A stretch of DNA of 62,016 bases, counting the filler, from Choristocarpus tenellus KU-1152 (taxonomy: Eukaryota; Protista; Phaeophyceae), in the NCBI GenBank assembly GCA_964200185.2. It is 11 parts of 11 records of this genome, joined end to end, with 100 filler letters (N's around TTAATTAATTAA, not from the genome) between each part and the next. Parts side by side here need not be neighbours in the genome. Positions count along the whole stretch, not along the records: positions 5,864 to 14,263 come from CAXNAD020004758.1; positions 14,364 to 17,709 come from CAXNAD020020662.1; positions 17,810 to 21,430 come from CAXNAD020018902.1; positions 21,531 to 26,204 come from CAXNAD020013514.1; positions 26,305 to 33,199 come from CAXNAD020007128.1; 6 more parts are not named here. One strand, 5' to 3'. Positions 13,098 through 27,385 of the stretch are shown one piece after another (the first letter of the stretch is position 1; each line of letters opens with the position of its first letter). The notes beneath the pieces are model-generated. The model was not told the origin of the DNA. It did not search any database and was given only the letters and a program-made list of their open reading frames with translations. The position numbers and the translations under genes are program-made.

Positions 13098-14193
13098 TTT
13101 CCTTGCCTCCTGTGGGTCTTTCGGTCCTCTTCAGTACGAAGAATCTGTCGGTTTGTTTCCATCTGTTTCACACTTCGACTATTATTATTTTGTTTGCAGT
13201 TTTTTGGAATAGAGGAATGTGTACGAATAAGTATGTCCCTTTCGCAGCGAATACCAGAACTATCTCACACATCCGTGACGTCCACTCGTCTCCGTCAGGG
13301 TACTCATGGCACTATTTTGGGGTGGTGCATGGAGAGAGTGTAATCCAGAGTCCTTAGTTATATCCTGGATGAGATGAACATCTAGGTGGAATTCGAAGTG
13401 AACCTGTCCAGTGAATGAATACCACAACTGTGCATAACAGTTGTGGACATGAAAAAGAGTTTTAATATGCAAGAAGAGTCAAATCCATCGAGACCTAGGC
13501 AAGTTTGGACCCCTTTGCAATCTAAGCCAGATCTCTTACCCTTTGCGATACGCTTCATCCCATTGCTTTATGTGCACTATAGTGTGTTAAATAGTTCTTG
13601 TCCCCCCTTTCGACACACGAAGCGACACCACAAGTAAGCAAAGTCTCTTCCTGCAATTATAGAAAGTGGCGTCTTATTGGCCTTGTTGGGGTCCTTAAAA
13701 TGTGATCCTGCCTACCTCTCAATTGGTTTGACTCAAACGTGCATTTGGCCACAAAGTGCCAGGCAACACATCATATACAAACACATCACCCTTGTCTTAG
13801 TTGTGCGTGTACAAGGTAGGCCCATGGGAAACCATCCACGATGTAATTAATTCCAGACTACGGCCTTGCCCCTCCCACGGACCTATAAACTACAATTTCA
13901 AGCTGTAAGCCTCACAAATTTGATTCCACATGAGTGCACACTTGTGAACATGGTCAAAACGTAAGAGAGAAATGTAGTGTTCAATTGTAATAATGATCAC
14001 TGAGGGACACCATCTTGATATAAATTCGGTGAAGTGAGCCCAAATGGGCAGGGTCATGTCACTCCACTTGTAGGTCAGGTCACATGTGAGTCAAAGCAAA
14101 GAAGAGGTGCCCAGTGTTGCCTTTGAAGAGAGCTGACAAATATTTGCAAATTTTGGCTTTGTTTCCAAATGCGTATTGAAAGTTTTCTGAATT

Positions 14194-14263
14194 GGGTCAA
14201 AGTATCTGGGGGGGGGGGGTGGTTTCGGAGGGGGCGTCCGTTTTGGACCCGATAAGTTGCTCA
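14194..14263. mobile_element. MITE-B-type terminus at scaffold end; similar stubs at 26305-26326, 33300-33355, 41975-42060, ~42230-42269
   Basis: GGGTCAAAGTATCTGG followed by poly-G. Confidence 0.7.
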
Positions 14264-17200
14264 NNNNNNNNNNNNNNNNNNNNNNNNNNNNNNNNNNNNN
14301 NNNNNNNTTAATTAATTAANNNNNNNNNNNNNNNNNNNNNNNNNNNNNNNNNNNNNNNNNNNNACCACAGGCACCTGCTTTTGCTTTCATATACATACGT
14401 GGGGGTAGCTTGTATGCCCCCCCCCCCCCTGTCCACCGCCTTCGCTGCGTAAGACCCAGTCCCCCTCCACTCCTAGTCCTACTTCCACACCCTAAAATTT
14501 TAACCACCTTGGGAGGGCGGTTGATCTTTTGTAACTGCCTTTGATCACAGCAACGTGCAATGGCATGCGGGAGTTACGACTTGATTTGTTTTGTTTTTTT
14601 ACAATCTAGAATCGTGATTGTTGTTTCTTCCCCGAGTATACCACTGTACCCTCCATTGGGGGTGAGAAAAGGAATGGAGGGTCTTCCAGATCACACTCAC
14701 TTGGTCGCCTTCTCTGATATATAGTGCAGAACCAGGAGTTTTAAAGGGTCACACTGAACATAACAATGTAGTAGTACATCATGCACATATTTGATTTTGT
14801 TTTATCTCCCTTCCCACTGGATGGATGGATGCCTTTGGGATTTTTTTTTAATTCTCAACCTATCTATTTACACCATGCCTAATTTGTTGTATAGCAATAA
14901 AATAATAGTACAAAATAAACTTTTTTTTTATTCTTAAGCGGTTGGCGTGATGCGAATCCTGGACGTCTCGTACAAAAATGCCTCTGCAGGTGGTGGAGGA
15001 CCATGCCCCGTCTGCCCGCTGGAGGGTGGAAACCCTCATCTCCATGTTGCACCTGGCAGGGGCACACTGTGATAGAAGTGTACCGGCTGCAACTGTGGCA
15101 TACACGAGCCAAGCACCTCATCTGCATGCCTACGCAGTGCACAAAACCTTTAGACTTCTGCAGGCAAGCCAATTTATGTGTGTCTGGGGGTGGGGGGTGG
15201 GTGGAAGGATGGTAGTTGCAGGTGTTTTTATGGTTATCATGAGGTCAAGGATAGATAGGATGATGGAGTAGAGTGGTGGTTACACTTAGCATTCGATAGG
15301 GTTAGGGTTTCACTTAGCTATGCAGTGAATTCAACTTGTATATCTGGGTATGGTGAAAAATTTGGGGACTTTATGTAAAGGTTTGGTGATGGCAGCGAGT
15401 GGGAATAAGTTGCCTACTGTATCATGTCGTTTCTGATGGTACCTACCACGGCTGACAAGGCCTTTGTATGAACCTTTTTTTTTTAATGTTGTGTATGTAC
15501 ATACTTTTTGTGTTGGTGGTAAGTGTTTGGGTCAGGGATTGTTCGGAGATGATGGATTGGTTGAGATTGTTGTATTTTGGCACTTTTTGAGTTCTAAAGT
15601 TGAACCGTGTTTTGAAAGGTAGATGAAGCAGGGGTTGATAGCATGGCACGGATTGGTGTTTGATGGTAATTGACCAGGCGGTATTCGTAGTTGTTGATGC
15701 TGCAATTATTGTGCCTTTTTGTGTTCGTGGCCTGTGGGATGGACCCTCCACCCTAGAAAAAAATAAATAGAACATGAGCAGAAATACTTCAGTATGGCAC
15801 AATTCGCTAGACGCCTCTCCCCTCTCTACCTCAATCTTCCTGACTATAGATGTTAGGTGATTGGAAACAAAGAGCGTGCCCATATGTGTAGTTGAATATT
15901 CCAAGAGTATATATGTGAAGAGGGAAAGACAATGCCCCCCTGATATGGAGTATAGAAATAGACATCGCCTTTCCAAGAGGTTGATTCTTTTTTTTATTGA
16001 AGTGCTTGGTTGGATTATGCATGCAATGCAGAAACCAATTTTTTAACAGGAAAACCTTTTAGTGTTTTTATGTATTTTGATACTCTAGGTACTATATATA
16101 TTTATTATGAAGTATTGTTTGTATAATGTATATTATTTACAAGGAAGATGAGGTCAATCAGTGCCATTTTTGTGTGAATAAACCCCCTTCACCCCCCACT
16201 CCCAAAACTGTCTGTTACCACCTTCCCAAGCACAGAGAGACTTGACCCAATCTGGCCTCACCTTAGCTGGCGTTTGGTTTGTAGGGGAGTATGGAGACCT
16301 CCTTATCAAGCCATGTCCCCCCCCCGGACCAGACACAGAGTTAGAGGCAGAGGAGAATGCAGATGGAAATAACGCTGATTGGGGGGTCATCGATGGGGAA
16401 GGAGATGGGCACAAGGGAGAGGATGTTGGGGGGGAGAGAACTTCGTGGTTGGATGAAACCCCAGTGATGAAGAAGGATGGGACCAGTAATGGAGGGGGGG
16501 GGGGGAGGGGGAAGGGTACGCGGCGTTGACTGCGAAAGAGATTGTTAGTCTGCTGGAGAAGATTTTGAAGGTCAGAGGGGATTTGAGGGGGGGGGGGAGT
16601 AAGTGTGTTGTGTTTGGGTGATGGAGGAGTGGGGGAGGAGAGAAGTAAGAGAGGAGGGACTGCAGGAGATGATGATCCGTAAGCTGTATATTCAGAAGCG
16701 ACTTAAGTATTGGAGTGTGTTAGTATTGGTGTTATTATTATTTGATCCTGTAGTTGGTAGTCTGAAGTGTGAATACGTGCTGTCTGCGTTGTTAGTGATG
16801 CAGTTGGAGTATTAGTTTGTAGTAGTGTTCACATTTTAGCACAATTGGCTCATGTTGTGGATGTCCTGCTTGAGACAAGGCTTTATGGTATCACAAAGAG
16901 CACAAGCTGTTTGGTGTGGCAGGTTTGAGCTGGTCGTACTCTTGTGCGCTATTGTTCAGGCGTTTACAGCGATCGCTGTGGAGGAGGTGAAAGGAGGGGT
17001 TTTGATAGGAACGCCTGAGTAGGGTGGGACACGTAGGCTCCATGCATATCTATAATGTAGTAGAGTACTGTAATTGTGGCAATGAGGCTAGAATGTAGTA
17101 ATACTGATAGAAAAAAAGAGGATTGAGAAAAATACACTTTTGAGGATAGTGAATGGGTCGATAATATTTTGTTTATAGAAGCAGTTGCTCTAGCAATAGA

Positions 17201-17644
17201 CAAAAAATATATTAATTTGAAAAATATATATTCATTGAAAACAACTGAAACGTCATGATGTGAAGAAGAGTTAAAGAGTTAAGTATTTATTATATGTGTG
17301 TTTTGTGAATGGATCATCGAGATGCTCTGATGTTACTAAGTATAGTTTTCGTCCACTATGCAATTAATTTGTGCTATTTTGTATAATTGTAGTAGTAAAT
17401 TGTTCTTGTTCATCACTGTTCATTTTCTGTTTATGAAAATGGGGCAATAGTGATAAGTGTGTGTGTGTGTATGTATGTGTATGTATATATATATATATGT
17501 TTTTTAATGAAAGAGTATAACGTTTGTCTTTGTCATGATGCGTGCTTACATTGGTGTCAAGGACATTCATAGTTCTTAACCTATTAAGTCGAGGTGTCAG
17601 GTCAGGGTTGTTGTGAGTATGTTTGTGCTCAGCCTTGTCTCTCT

Positions 17645-17681
<37 letters not shown>

Positions 17682-18816
17682 TTCTTTTTTTTATTTTTTT
17701 TTATTTTTTNNNNNNNNNNNNNNNNNNNNNNNNNNNNNNNNNNNNNNNNNNNNTTAATTAATTAANNNNNNNNNNNNNNNNNNNNNNNNNNNNNNNNNNN
17801 NNNNNNNNNCTGGACACTGAGGGAAAGTTCCAAACATAATAATTTTATTGGTCGAGTTTCGAAGTAGTATTATCTTATTCATAATATGTTTATTGGTCGA
17901 AGTTCCAAATAGTATTATTATTATTATTCGACATGCCATATCTCTGTTAGGAACTCATTCTATATTCTGATTATATTTTCAATAGTAGATAAGTATGAAG
18001 AAAAGTGTATAAATATATTCGGAATTCGGAAATATTTTGGTGCTGCAGAATTCTCACACATATATCAATCATATGAGATTTGCTCGAATTGACTGAGGTA
18101 TATATTTTATATGTTGTCATGGTCTTTTACATTTTGCATAATATGGGTGAGGAAAAGAGCCAAGCTTGTACAGTCACTGTAAAAATTCTGTTGTCGTAGA
18201 TGTGTGAATATCTCTCTAATTTACATATCCATGAGATGAATCACTTACATAGAGGGATATAATAATATATTTTATACATCCTACACTATTTATATTATAT
18301 TATGCCCTTTGGCATTTTGCAAATGTGCCTGGGTAAACTATTAGACTAATAAAACTATTTATGAGTAGTGCATTTATAAATGACGTATTCTATGATTGAC
18401 CTTTTAAAGTGCGTGGATGTCTGTCTTCCTTTTGGACGTATGGAACCCAACAATTTGTTTTATACTTCATTGTGGGTCTCAGGACTTCCTCGAGGGTACT
18501 ACACTATGCATGACGCTTTTCGACCTTGTCCTCTTGCATAGTAGGGGGAACGGTTCAAGTGATTTTTTTTTATGAAATCGTGAATGTGGATGACAAAGAA
18601 TGTTTATGCTAAATATACATGAACTTATACTACAATTTTATTGAGTACTGATGATATGTATATATTTCATGTGATACACTGTATGTTCCAGATTTATTTT
18701 CTGTTTGAGAATCCTGGATTGGTTGTTGCAAGGACCAAAACTAACTCATTTGCTGTGTCACACCCCACCACCCGTCAACACGTTGAAGGCTATCCTGCTG
18801 TTTCTGTGTGTTGACC

Positions 18817-19074
18817 GAGTCAAAGCATTTGAGAGGGTAGGGCCGCGTCCGTTTGGAGTCCAAAGTACAACGCTACGATTTTGATGTAATTTTGACTATC
18901 GTGTTTGTTAGCAAGTGCCAATATCCTTGCTCCGGACTTACCTTTCATAGGCGTACATATTTTACCTACTCCGAAATGTTTCGAAAACTGAAAAAGGGCA
19001 TAAGAAACTGTGGGAAGCCATGCCCCGAACGGACAAACAGGGCAAAGCTCCTACCCTCTTAAATGCTTTCGGTC
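18817..19074 (+). mobile_element. MITE family A, divergent subfamily
   Basis: Same body as 40627-40883. Both TIRs carry the variant AAAGCATTT(G/A)AGAGGGTAG. Confidence 0.85.
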
Positions 19075-19288
19075 CGAAATAGACATACTAACCACAAACA
19101 GATATATTATTGCAAATAGAACAATAGACAAGTAAAACAGGAAAAGGCCAAACCCCTAAACTGACCCTTATGAAGGTGGGTGAGAATCGAGGGAAGATTT
19201 GTCACGTCTCCTCCATTTCAGAGGGTTCGGTCACCAGAATCAAAAAGTCCCGCCCACCAGCTGGACTGGTCCCACAACTATTTAGCAT

Positions 19289-19970
19289 ATCCCAGTCCAT
19301 GTCCACTAGTTATTGAACCGGTCCCCATGTCCACACCAGTCACATAATTATTTCAAATGTCCTCTTCCATGTCCACTAGGTATTGAACCGGTTCGTGTCT
19401 GCCGGTCAATTCAGTCCGAACATTCTCTGGCATTTCTGGATCATTTACGCAGGGTATCATACCAGTCCATACCCACTGGCGTCCAGTCTAACTCTTTCCC
19501 TTGCATGTCCAGATCATGTTCACTACATGTTATACAGTGTGAATGGGTATTCAAGTTCCACACACAGACCACAAATAACCTGACACACCCAACAATGTAT
19601 TTGTATTGAATTTATAACTTCAATAATTCAAAATAAAACGGAATAGAATAATATGTAAGTATCACCACATATTATATAATACTTATAGAGGTCATTTGAA
19701 TTTACAATATACAATATTCAAGGAGGTATGGTAATGACGTGGTCGCCTCAAGTGTAAAAAAAATCTCACGGGGTAGGTCATAGATAAAATGTTCTAACAT
19801 GTCCAAGTCCATGGCCATCGCTTACTCAAGATGACCAGGACCACTGACAGACCATGTACAACCAAGTTCGAACATGGCCGAGTCCATGCCCATCACTTAC
19901 TCAACATCACGAGGCCAGCCACCTGGTATGTATGACCAAGTTCGAAAATGACCGAGTCCATAACAGGGTT
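19289..19970. repeat. Two clusters of degenerate ~75-80-bp direct repeats
   Basis: CCATGTCCACTAGKTATTGAACCGGT occurs at ~19297 and ~19367. AACAT..C.AGTCCATG.CCATC.CTTACTCAA occurs at ~19796 and ~19871, with a partial third copy at ~19945. Confidence 0.6.
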
Positions 19971-21213
19971 TACCACTTCAATATGGCTGGACCACAGACC
20001 GGCCCACACCCATACGACTGGCAGTGGACATGCTAACTGCCCTCCCAATGAATAGCCATGATATTTTTCAAGTATAATATTACGGCTGTTTACATGTTAA
20101 AATTTCACCTATATACTATTGTACCATATATATGATGATGATAAATCACATATATAAGGTGTCATATTGTCAAGAGGGGGGAAATCGGTGAGGGTGAAAT
20201 TAGGACTTCCTATCCTCCTGGCTCCATCTTGAATGTGTTGCCTTGTCGTAGTCTCCTGTTGAAAAGAGCTGTTACCATTCTGTGAGCCACACTTCCCAAT
20301 AGCACAGTCTATTGTGACACAACCACAGTAGAGTCTAGATTATCCTGCTGGGCATAGTGCTGTTGATTGAGGAAGGGCAGTACAGCATCCTTAATTCTGT
20401 GCAATTGAGGGGCTAATTGCATGCACACAGGACCAGACTACTCACAAGAAGCATATTACTTCTCACCTTGGTCCTCCTATATATATTCACGACACCATGG
20501 TTTCTGCTTATCCTATTGTACATATGTTGGCGATCTCAAGGGCATCACTTAGGGAAGCTCAGAGTTCCATAAGGAGCACATATAACTAGAAACCGTCCTC
20601 CTTCTGATGAACTAGATTGACCGCATCGAGTGGTAAAGCGCAAGAGGATGTTCGGATAATAGTCATCTACTTTGGTGGGTGCAGTTGAGTACAGCGTTGC
20701 CAAAATGTCTTTGAATAGTGTTGTAAGTAGTACGGATTGAATCACAACGATCCGATTAATTGGGACTAGTCCAAACAGAAAAATCTGGGGGTATTTCGAA
20801 TGGCTGTTATATTCAAACTTGTGCCTTCTGAGGAATCAGCTCACGGAGTCCCATGATGGTTGGGGGTTTGTGTGCCTCCACTACAATTAAGACCATACAA
20901 AAAAAGGAGGTGTCCGAATATACATTAGGATTTTCGACATATACCACTATCTGAGGGGAATGGTTGTAGGCAGACACGTGGAAAAGGTAGTTGAAGTTCC
21001 AACGCTAAACCAGAGGTCATTTAGACAAGAACCTGCTGACAAGCTGTAGTACGTCCCAGGAATCTATGCATATACCCGGTGCCCCTCTGCATCTCCAATT
21101 ACGTGTAGACAACACATGCACTGATATATATCCATCAGTGCCTATGCGCACAAGGAGGGCACAACCTACCACTCAATCTACCTAAGCCTATAATCAAGGC
21201 ATTGGAAAGGTGC

Positions 21214-21430
21214 GACCCAAAGTATCTAGGGGGGGGGGGTCTACACCAGGGTGTCCATCTGGATCAAAATCAGGAAAAGTTCACTTACATTATTTATATG
21301 ATGTATGCAACCAAATCACACAAAAATGGCGACATGAAAAAGTTGACCCCAAATGGAGAGCCGCCACCCCCCCCAGATGACCCAAGGTATCTGAAGGGGG
21401 GGGGTCTGCACCATGGTGTCCATTTGTACC
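21214..21430. mobile_element. MITE family B, one near-complete copy plus a tandem partial copy
   Basis: GACCCAAAGTATCT at 21214; a second start GACCCAAGGTATCT at ~21379. Confidence 0.85.
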
Positions 21431-21754
21431 NNNNNNNNNNNNNNNNNNNNNNNNNNNNNNNNNNNNNNNNNNNNTTAATTAATTAANNNNNNNNNNNNNN
21501 NNNNNNNNNNNNNNNNNNNNNNNNNNNNNNCCCCCTGTGCTTTTGTACTGCATGTACTGGATGATTATTACGATCAACTGATCAAAACGCCTCTGTGTTT
21601 ACTATGCGACTTGTGTCTTGCGAAGACAACTAGAAATAAAATAAAAGGTCAAGGCTTACATTTCTTTTTTAATTTTTTCTTCACCCAATATGAAAGACAC
21701 CCTTAACTCCTTCGGTTGACAATTTGAGTCGCAGGACTCCCTCCAACATCTCAC

Positions 21755-21846
21755 CACTGACGTGACCCGGAGCATGGGGACAACTCGGGTGTTCCATGCT
21801 GTTGAGACGCACGATGGTACAGCCGTCAGGCGTCATGTGCCAATAC
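21755..21846 (-). CDS. Isolated exon of a START (lipid-binding) domain protein, possibly a pseudo-exon
   Basis: ccag|G acceptor, then (R)YWHMTPDGCTIVRLNSMEHPSCPHAPGHVS, matching the START pattern RYWxxxxDGxxxxxxxSxxHPxxPxxxGxVR; candidate donor gtgaga. Confidence 0.5.
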
Positions 21847-22555
21847 CTGGATCAAACAAATTTCGACAGTAGATCCGTTGCACTATGACTACTACTGTAT
21901 TACACAAGGTTGTGTTGATTGACTTTGGTGTATGTACTGCGTGCATCGTGTGTTGACACCTTGCTGCTCGGTGGTGGTGTGTGTTGGAAAAGGGTCTTGA
22001 GGGACAAACATGATTGTGATCTGTGTGCTTGATGTCTTTGTCCAAGTTTGTAAGCAGTCTTGAGGTGTGCCTTGAATTATGCACCTCTTCATGAAGTCCG
22101 AGGAGACGAAGTCCAAGGAGACGTCCCCCCTGCTAGACAGATCCCTTGTACCCCCCCTCTACCTCACCCTCCAGTTATCTACTGTTTATTCGTGCGTTAT
22201 GACTGGCTCTGTAGAGGGTCGATGTCTTATCTGTGGACATTTTGTTGATGATCCAATTTCTCTTGTGTCCTGGATAGACCCGCTCTGGCACATTTTTCAA
22301 TCTCCTTTTCCCTGTGTGAGTCCTTCCTACTGCCTTACTCTATTGATTGTCTTCTTTGCCCTACTTACCCCATTTTCCCCCTTGTTGGTGTTGATATTTC
22401 CCCTCCTTTACCTCACCTCACCTCCCATGCAATCCTGTCCTCCGTGCTGTCTCTTATGTCAGGGTGGCAGCTGACAATCCTGGGGACAATGTGGCTTGAG
22501 GTTTGCTTTCTCCTCCTATACTCCTATGACATGTACATTGTCTACCTCAGCAGGT

Positions 22556-22660
22556 AATACTACTACTACTACCACTACTCCTGCTACTGCTACTGCTATT
22601 ACTACTACTACCACTACTACCCTGCTACTACTGCTACTACCATTACTGTTACTACTATTA
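22556..22660. repeat. (ACT/GCT)n trinucleotide microsatellite
   Basis: Directly visible. Confidence 0.9.
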
Positions 22661-23940
22661 AAATAATAGGACTATACTACAACAGTGTGTGACCTTGCAG
22701 TGGTGATTGAATATTTACGTAGCAGGCTACCGTTAATGTTTTTGTTTTATAAAGTTAATGCTTTCAATATTTTTTTTAGTGTTTAGTTTCCCCCTCTTGA
22801 TCTCTACCTAATTCAAAGCACGCAATGTGTAACATCATTCCAGTCCTATGGAGTATACCTCTCTGTAGTTAAGCTACTTGGACAAGCTTGAAGTATGTAC
22901 ATACCAAAAATGACCTACTGGTGCAGATTATTTCAAGGATGGCTCCTCCCTATGGCATCCCAGCAGCCCATTATGTACTTCACTGCTCAAGAAAGCCCTT
23001 ACACATGTTAAAACCCTTATACCCTAACCTTATGGTCTTCTCTTCTCCCTTTGACACCTTTCTCTCATTAACCCTTTTCTACCAACATACTGATTTTATA
23101 CTGTAATGCACTCTTACTTTGCCCTGACCTTAATGAGTAACCCTTCATCTATTGTCACTGTACACCTTGAGACCATTTAGGCCTGAACTGAAAGGTTACC
23201 TCGAACCCTAATCTTTGCAATCCTTCAAACCGCAGTCTATTTTTTGAGCATATCCCCCTAACTCTAAACCACATACTTGCCTGTAGCCATAATCCTGACC
23301 AAAAAAAAGTAATGCCTGTAGGCTGCCCAATCAAATATGATGCAATAGAGTAGTACTCAGGATGTGGCATATGTAATGTTGACCTGAGGGTGTAAGTAAC
23401 CTCTCTATGAAAGTAACCTCTAAATGAAAGGGTGTGTGCGATTTGAACGTTTGGAGTTTAAAAGGGTTAGGGATTTTTTTGAAAAATGGGCTAGGGTTAG
23501 GGATGAATCCTCCCCGCAAGAGTAGAAAGGTGCGCACAAGACAGTCAAAACACACCACACAACTGATGTTGGCTGTGTGGCCCAAGAACACTTGCTACAG
23601 AAAGAGCAGCTCATAAAGCTCAGCAGGACCCGCCTGTTGATTGCTCAGGCTCTCTCTCTGGTGTATCGCCAACGCTAACGTACACGTTAGGAGCTCTTTG
23701 TAACTGTAAGTGCAACCTTTTTATGTGACGTGGTTAGAGGCTAGTACACGCTATATATATATATATATAGTCAATTATGTGTTGGGCTTAGTTTTTATTT
23801 ACTGTATGTGGTACACCTTATACCGTCTCACTTACCTGCTGACATCCCCATATTTTGTCGGAGATATTTAACACCCGATTTAAAAGAAAGCAGCTGGTTA
23901 CCTGCCGCATTTTGGATTGCTCTCTCTATCCCTCGTAGGA

Positions 23941-24056
23941 ACTAAAGGTACATCGTTTCTGCATGTACTAACTAAAGGTACATGTTTTCTGTGTTTACAC
24001 ACTAACGTTACACCTCTTCTATGCCTACTAAAGGTGCACCTTTTCTGTGTCTCACG
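23941..24056. repeat. ~30-bp minisatellite, about 4 copies
   Basis: ACTAAAGGTACA...TTTCTG unit at 23941, 23971, 24001 and ~24027. Confidence 0.8.
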
Positions 24057-24083
24057 TGTTATGAATTTGTTCATCCCCTTGCC

Positions 24084-24109
<26 letters not shown>

Positions 24110-24114
<5 letters not shown>

Positions 24115-24296
24115 CATACCCATAAATCTGTTCGAGGGGATAGGGTTGATGAAGAGGATAGAGCAGGCATCATCCGGCACTACTTCGGGAAAGCTCCGCC
24201 CTGGCACATTGCGAGGCTCTGCATGGTTCTCTTTTTGGCCACGGGGCTGTTGAGTAACCTTGTCTGTCACTACGCCTTCCAGATGACCTTTCACAG
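24110..24296 (+). CDS. Isolated exon of an unidentified membrane protein
   Basis: Strong (CT)n-CAG acceptor and AG|gtgata donor. The open frame RHTHKSV...IARLCMVLFLATGLLSNLVCHYAFQMTFH has a hydrophobic segment. Confidence 0.5.
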
Positions 24297-27200
24297 GTGA
24301 TACTCACTACGGGCTGTACTCCACTGCTAAATATTAGAAAAATATATATTTATAAAAACCTGTTTTCCACTCACCGTGTTATTGTGCTTCACTTCAAAGC
24401 ATACATAATACTTGATTAAATTGGTTGACCCTTTTTTTTAGTAGTCCTGAGTTACCCTGTGATAGTAGGGTGTCATGTGAGTTTTTTCCATTTCAGCTTG
24501 TTTTCACAGGGGATGAATTTGATGGAAAGGAGTTTGTGCCTGTGAACTAGGGACACAAAAGCAAGGCATGCCTCTATCCTGCTCTGTGTGGGTTCACGGC
24601 AACCTCCTATCTCTGTTGAAGTCCTTTGGAACAGAGTAACCAGGGGAGGTACTAGTTAGTATATTAACTATTAGGTACTGTGGTAGGTTAAGCGATGTTT
24701 ATGGTTTAAGTGCTGGGTATTGGTGTTGGGTTACGGTGGGTTTGCTGGTGTATTTGAAGGTTTTGTATAGTATGTTTTTGTGCCTACCTGTTGGTATTAT
24801 TTATATATACTATTTTTTTTGTCTTTTTTGTGATGACTTTTTTTGTTATTACTATAGGTGAGTCTAGCGTGTTACGTTTGGTTTGTTCTTAAATAGGTCC
24901 TTTTTAGTGTCTGGCTCGTCCAACTCTTCTGCTTTGAATTTATATTTTGAAGAGTATGGCCTGAAAAAAATGTATGCACCACAAGGCAGCATTGCCAGGT
25001 AAAGTGATGATCTTGTTGTTGTGGCCTGCCCTTCGTGCCACTGTGGCCTTCCCATGTGTGATAGACACAAGACTGGTGGTTTGGTCTGTATGTTGTTTGT
25101 CAATGCACGGTGTCATGCTTGGGGTCTCGGCTATCTCACCTTCCCTCTCAACACCTATATACTCCGTGAAGTGTATGTGTCAGTAACACAACAGATGAGT
25201 AGCCTTTGTTTCAACACGCTTCAGGCCTTCCCTATACTCTTCAAATACAACTCATCTTACGTAAAAATTGTTCCGAGGAATCCAACGCAAAAATCCGTTT
25301 TTTTCTTTTTAAATCGGAGGTCATCCCGAAGAGGTACATGCATAAAGGAACAGCAGCAGGCTTATGGGACAGAGGGAGTAATATATATCTTGTAATGTTT
25401 GGTTCTTTTCTTTAGTGGATCTTCTTTTTTTTTGTTAAATAAAATTAATGAATAAAAAAATATTACGTTGTGAAAGAGGGTACATGTTTCGAGAGTGGTG
25501 TTTTTTTGTTAAATTTACATACGAAGTATGTACTCATTGTTTCCAACTTTGGAGGATTGTTACCTAATACACCGGTTTTTGAATTTTCTTAATTGAAATT
25601 TGAATTTTCTTCAAGTGGAGGTGTCCGCGATGTTCGTTGATGGAGAGATAATTCTTTACCCCTGCGGTAGAGAGAGACCTGTAGTTTTCGACCACCTATA
25701 ATAGGAGTTGTATTTTATGCATGCGAGTATATGTTTAAGTATACTTTTTTTTGGAGAGGTGTGTGATGTGCTCCCTTCTGTTTTTATTTTATTTTATTTT
25801 TTGTGGTGCTTTGTCGATATGGGAAGGGTGACGGCATCCAAGGTTGTCAGAGATAGCTTTTTGAATCGAAGGTACTTAAATTCGATTACGGTTTGGTCTC
25901 CAGTTGAGATGATGGTGATGATAATAGTCCTAATAGTCGTAATAATAGTAATAATAGTAACCACAGTAGTAATAATTGTATTCATGGTGGGAATATAGTA
26001 TTAGCAATAATAATAAGAATTAGTAAGAATGATGATGATGCTGTTAGGGTTAGGGTTGGATGTATCTCGCTCTTGCTCTCGCACTCTATTAGTCATCTTT
26101 TCCCACCAGGTAAACAGCAGTACAAGCTTGGTACCTATTCTGATTCCTGTCTTTGACTGTGTTGATGATGCTGTGTTGGTGTCTGGTGGGGGGTTGGGGT
26201 GGGGNNNNNNNNNNNNNNNNNNNNNNNNNNNNNNNNNNNNNNNNNNNNTTAATTAATTAANNNNNNNNNNNNNNNNNNNNNNNNNNNNNNNNNNNNNNNN
26301 NNNNCCCCCCCCAGACTCGTTGAGCCAATGAAAATATGGTACCATTTTGTGCAGTTATTATCTGCCCTGCGAATTGTTCAACCTGATGCTGGATAGAATA
26401 ATTACTAGAGTTTTCCATCCAAATACCCCAAAAGTATGCAAGTTTTTATTGTAGGTATCTGAAAGTAAGATTTGCAGCCAGCACATTTTCATTTGGAATG
26501 TTCTAGGCTTCACATGCACAGTCCTCGTGCATGTATGTATTTCACATCACATGCATTGATATTATTATTATTGTTACTATTATTATATTGATGTCACATA
26601 TGTTCTTGTCTTTCCAACTGGTGCAACCCCCTATGCAGTATGTAGACTGTAGTGTAGCAGGATTTTTTGTGATAATAATAGTTACAGTACAAATGCTATA
26701 TATATTTTTTGTCTAGTGTGGGTTATTCAGGTTCTAACATGCTCCAAAAGGGTAGTGACAGTCTGCTGCAACAATGACAACAGTGGTTTGGTGTTGTCTA
26801 AACTGCATGTTAATGGTTAACAAGGAATATCAATATTATGCTATGTGTGCAATGTAATATGTTGAACAAGAACATCTGTCTATTGTTGACATTATCATTG
26901 ATACTATTTTATCATCACTGTTATTGACACCATTGTTGTTATTATCACTGTTGTTGATACTATTATTGTTTTATCATTATTATTAATATTATTGGCGCCT
27001 TAGGGTTATAGGGTTGAAAGAGAGAATACAATACATGTAAAGTACTTTGGTGCCTAAAACAATGTCTCTGATATATTAACATTATGTTTACTTTCACCCA
27101 AGAGTTGATAGATGTTCCTCTTACCATTCTTGAAGTACTCACAACAGCACCACCTAACCCAATCGAATATTTATTGACCTCTCTTGCACAATTGCACCTC

Positions 27201-27385
27201 CAGACCTCCTCTATGGGTGTGAGGATGGACTTGAGTATGCGCTATTGGAAGGAAAGGCACTAGCGCCGACATTCTCCTTCAAGGTTGTTACCAACCCTGC
27301 TCAAACCTTGCCTTCTGCAGCTCCATGGAGGTACTGTACCTTGTACTCTTGTACTCAGTCTCAGTAGTAGTCTCCTGTTGTAATA

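Noticed and set aside
19221-20045. GAGGG...CCCTC-bounded element enclosing the ~75-bp repeats
   Set aside because: Only 5 bp of inverted match and no target duplication.
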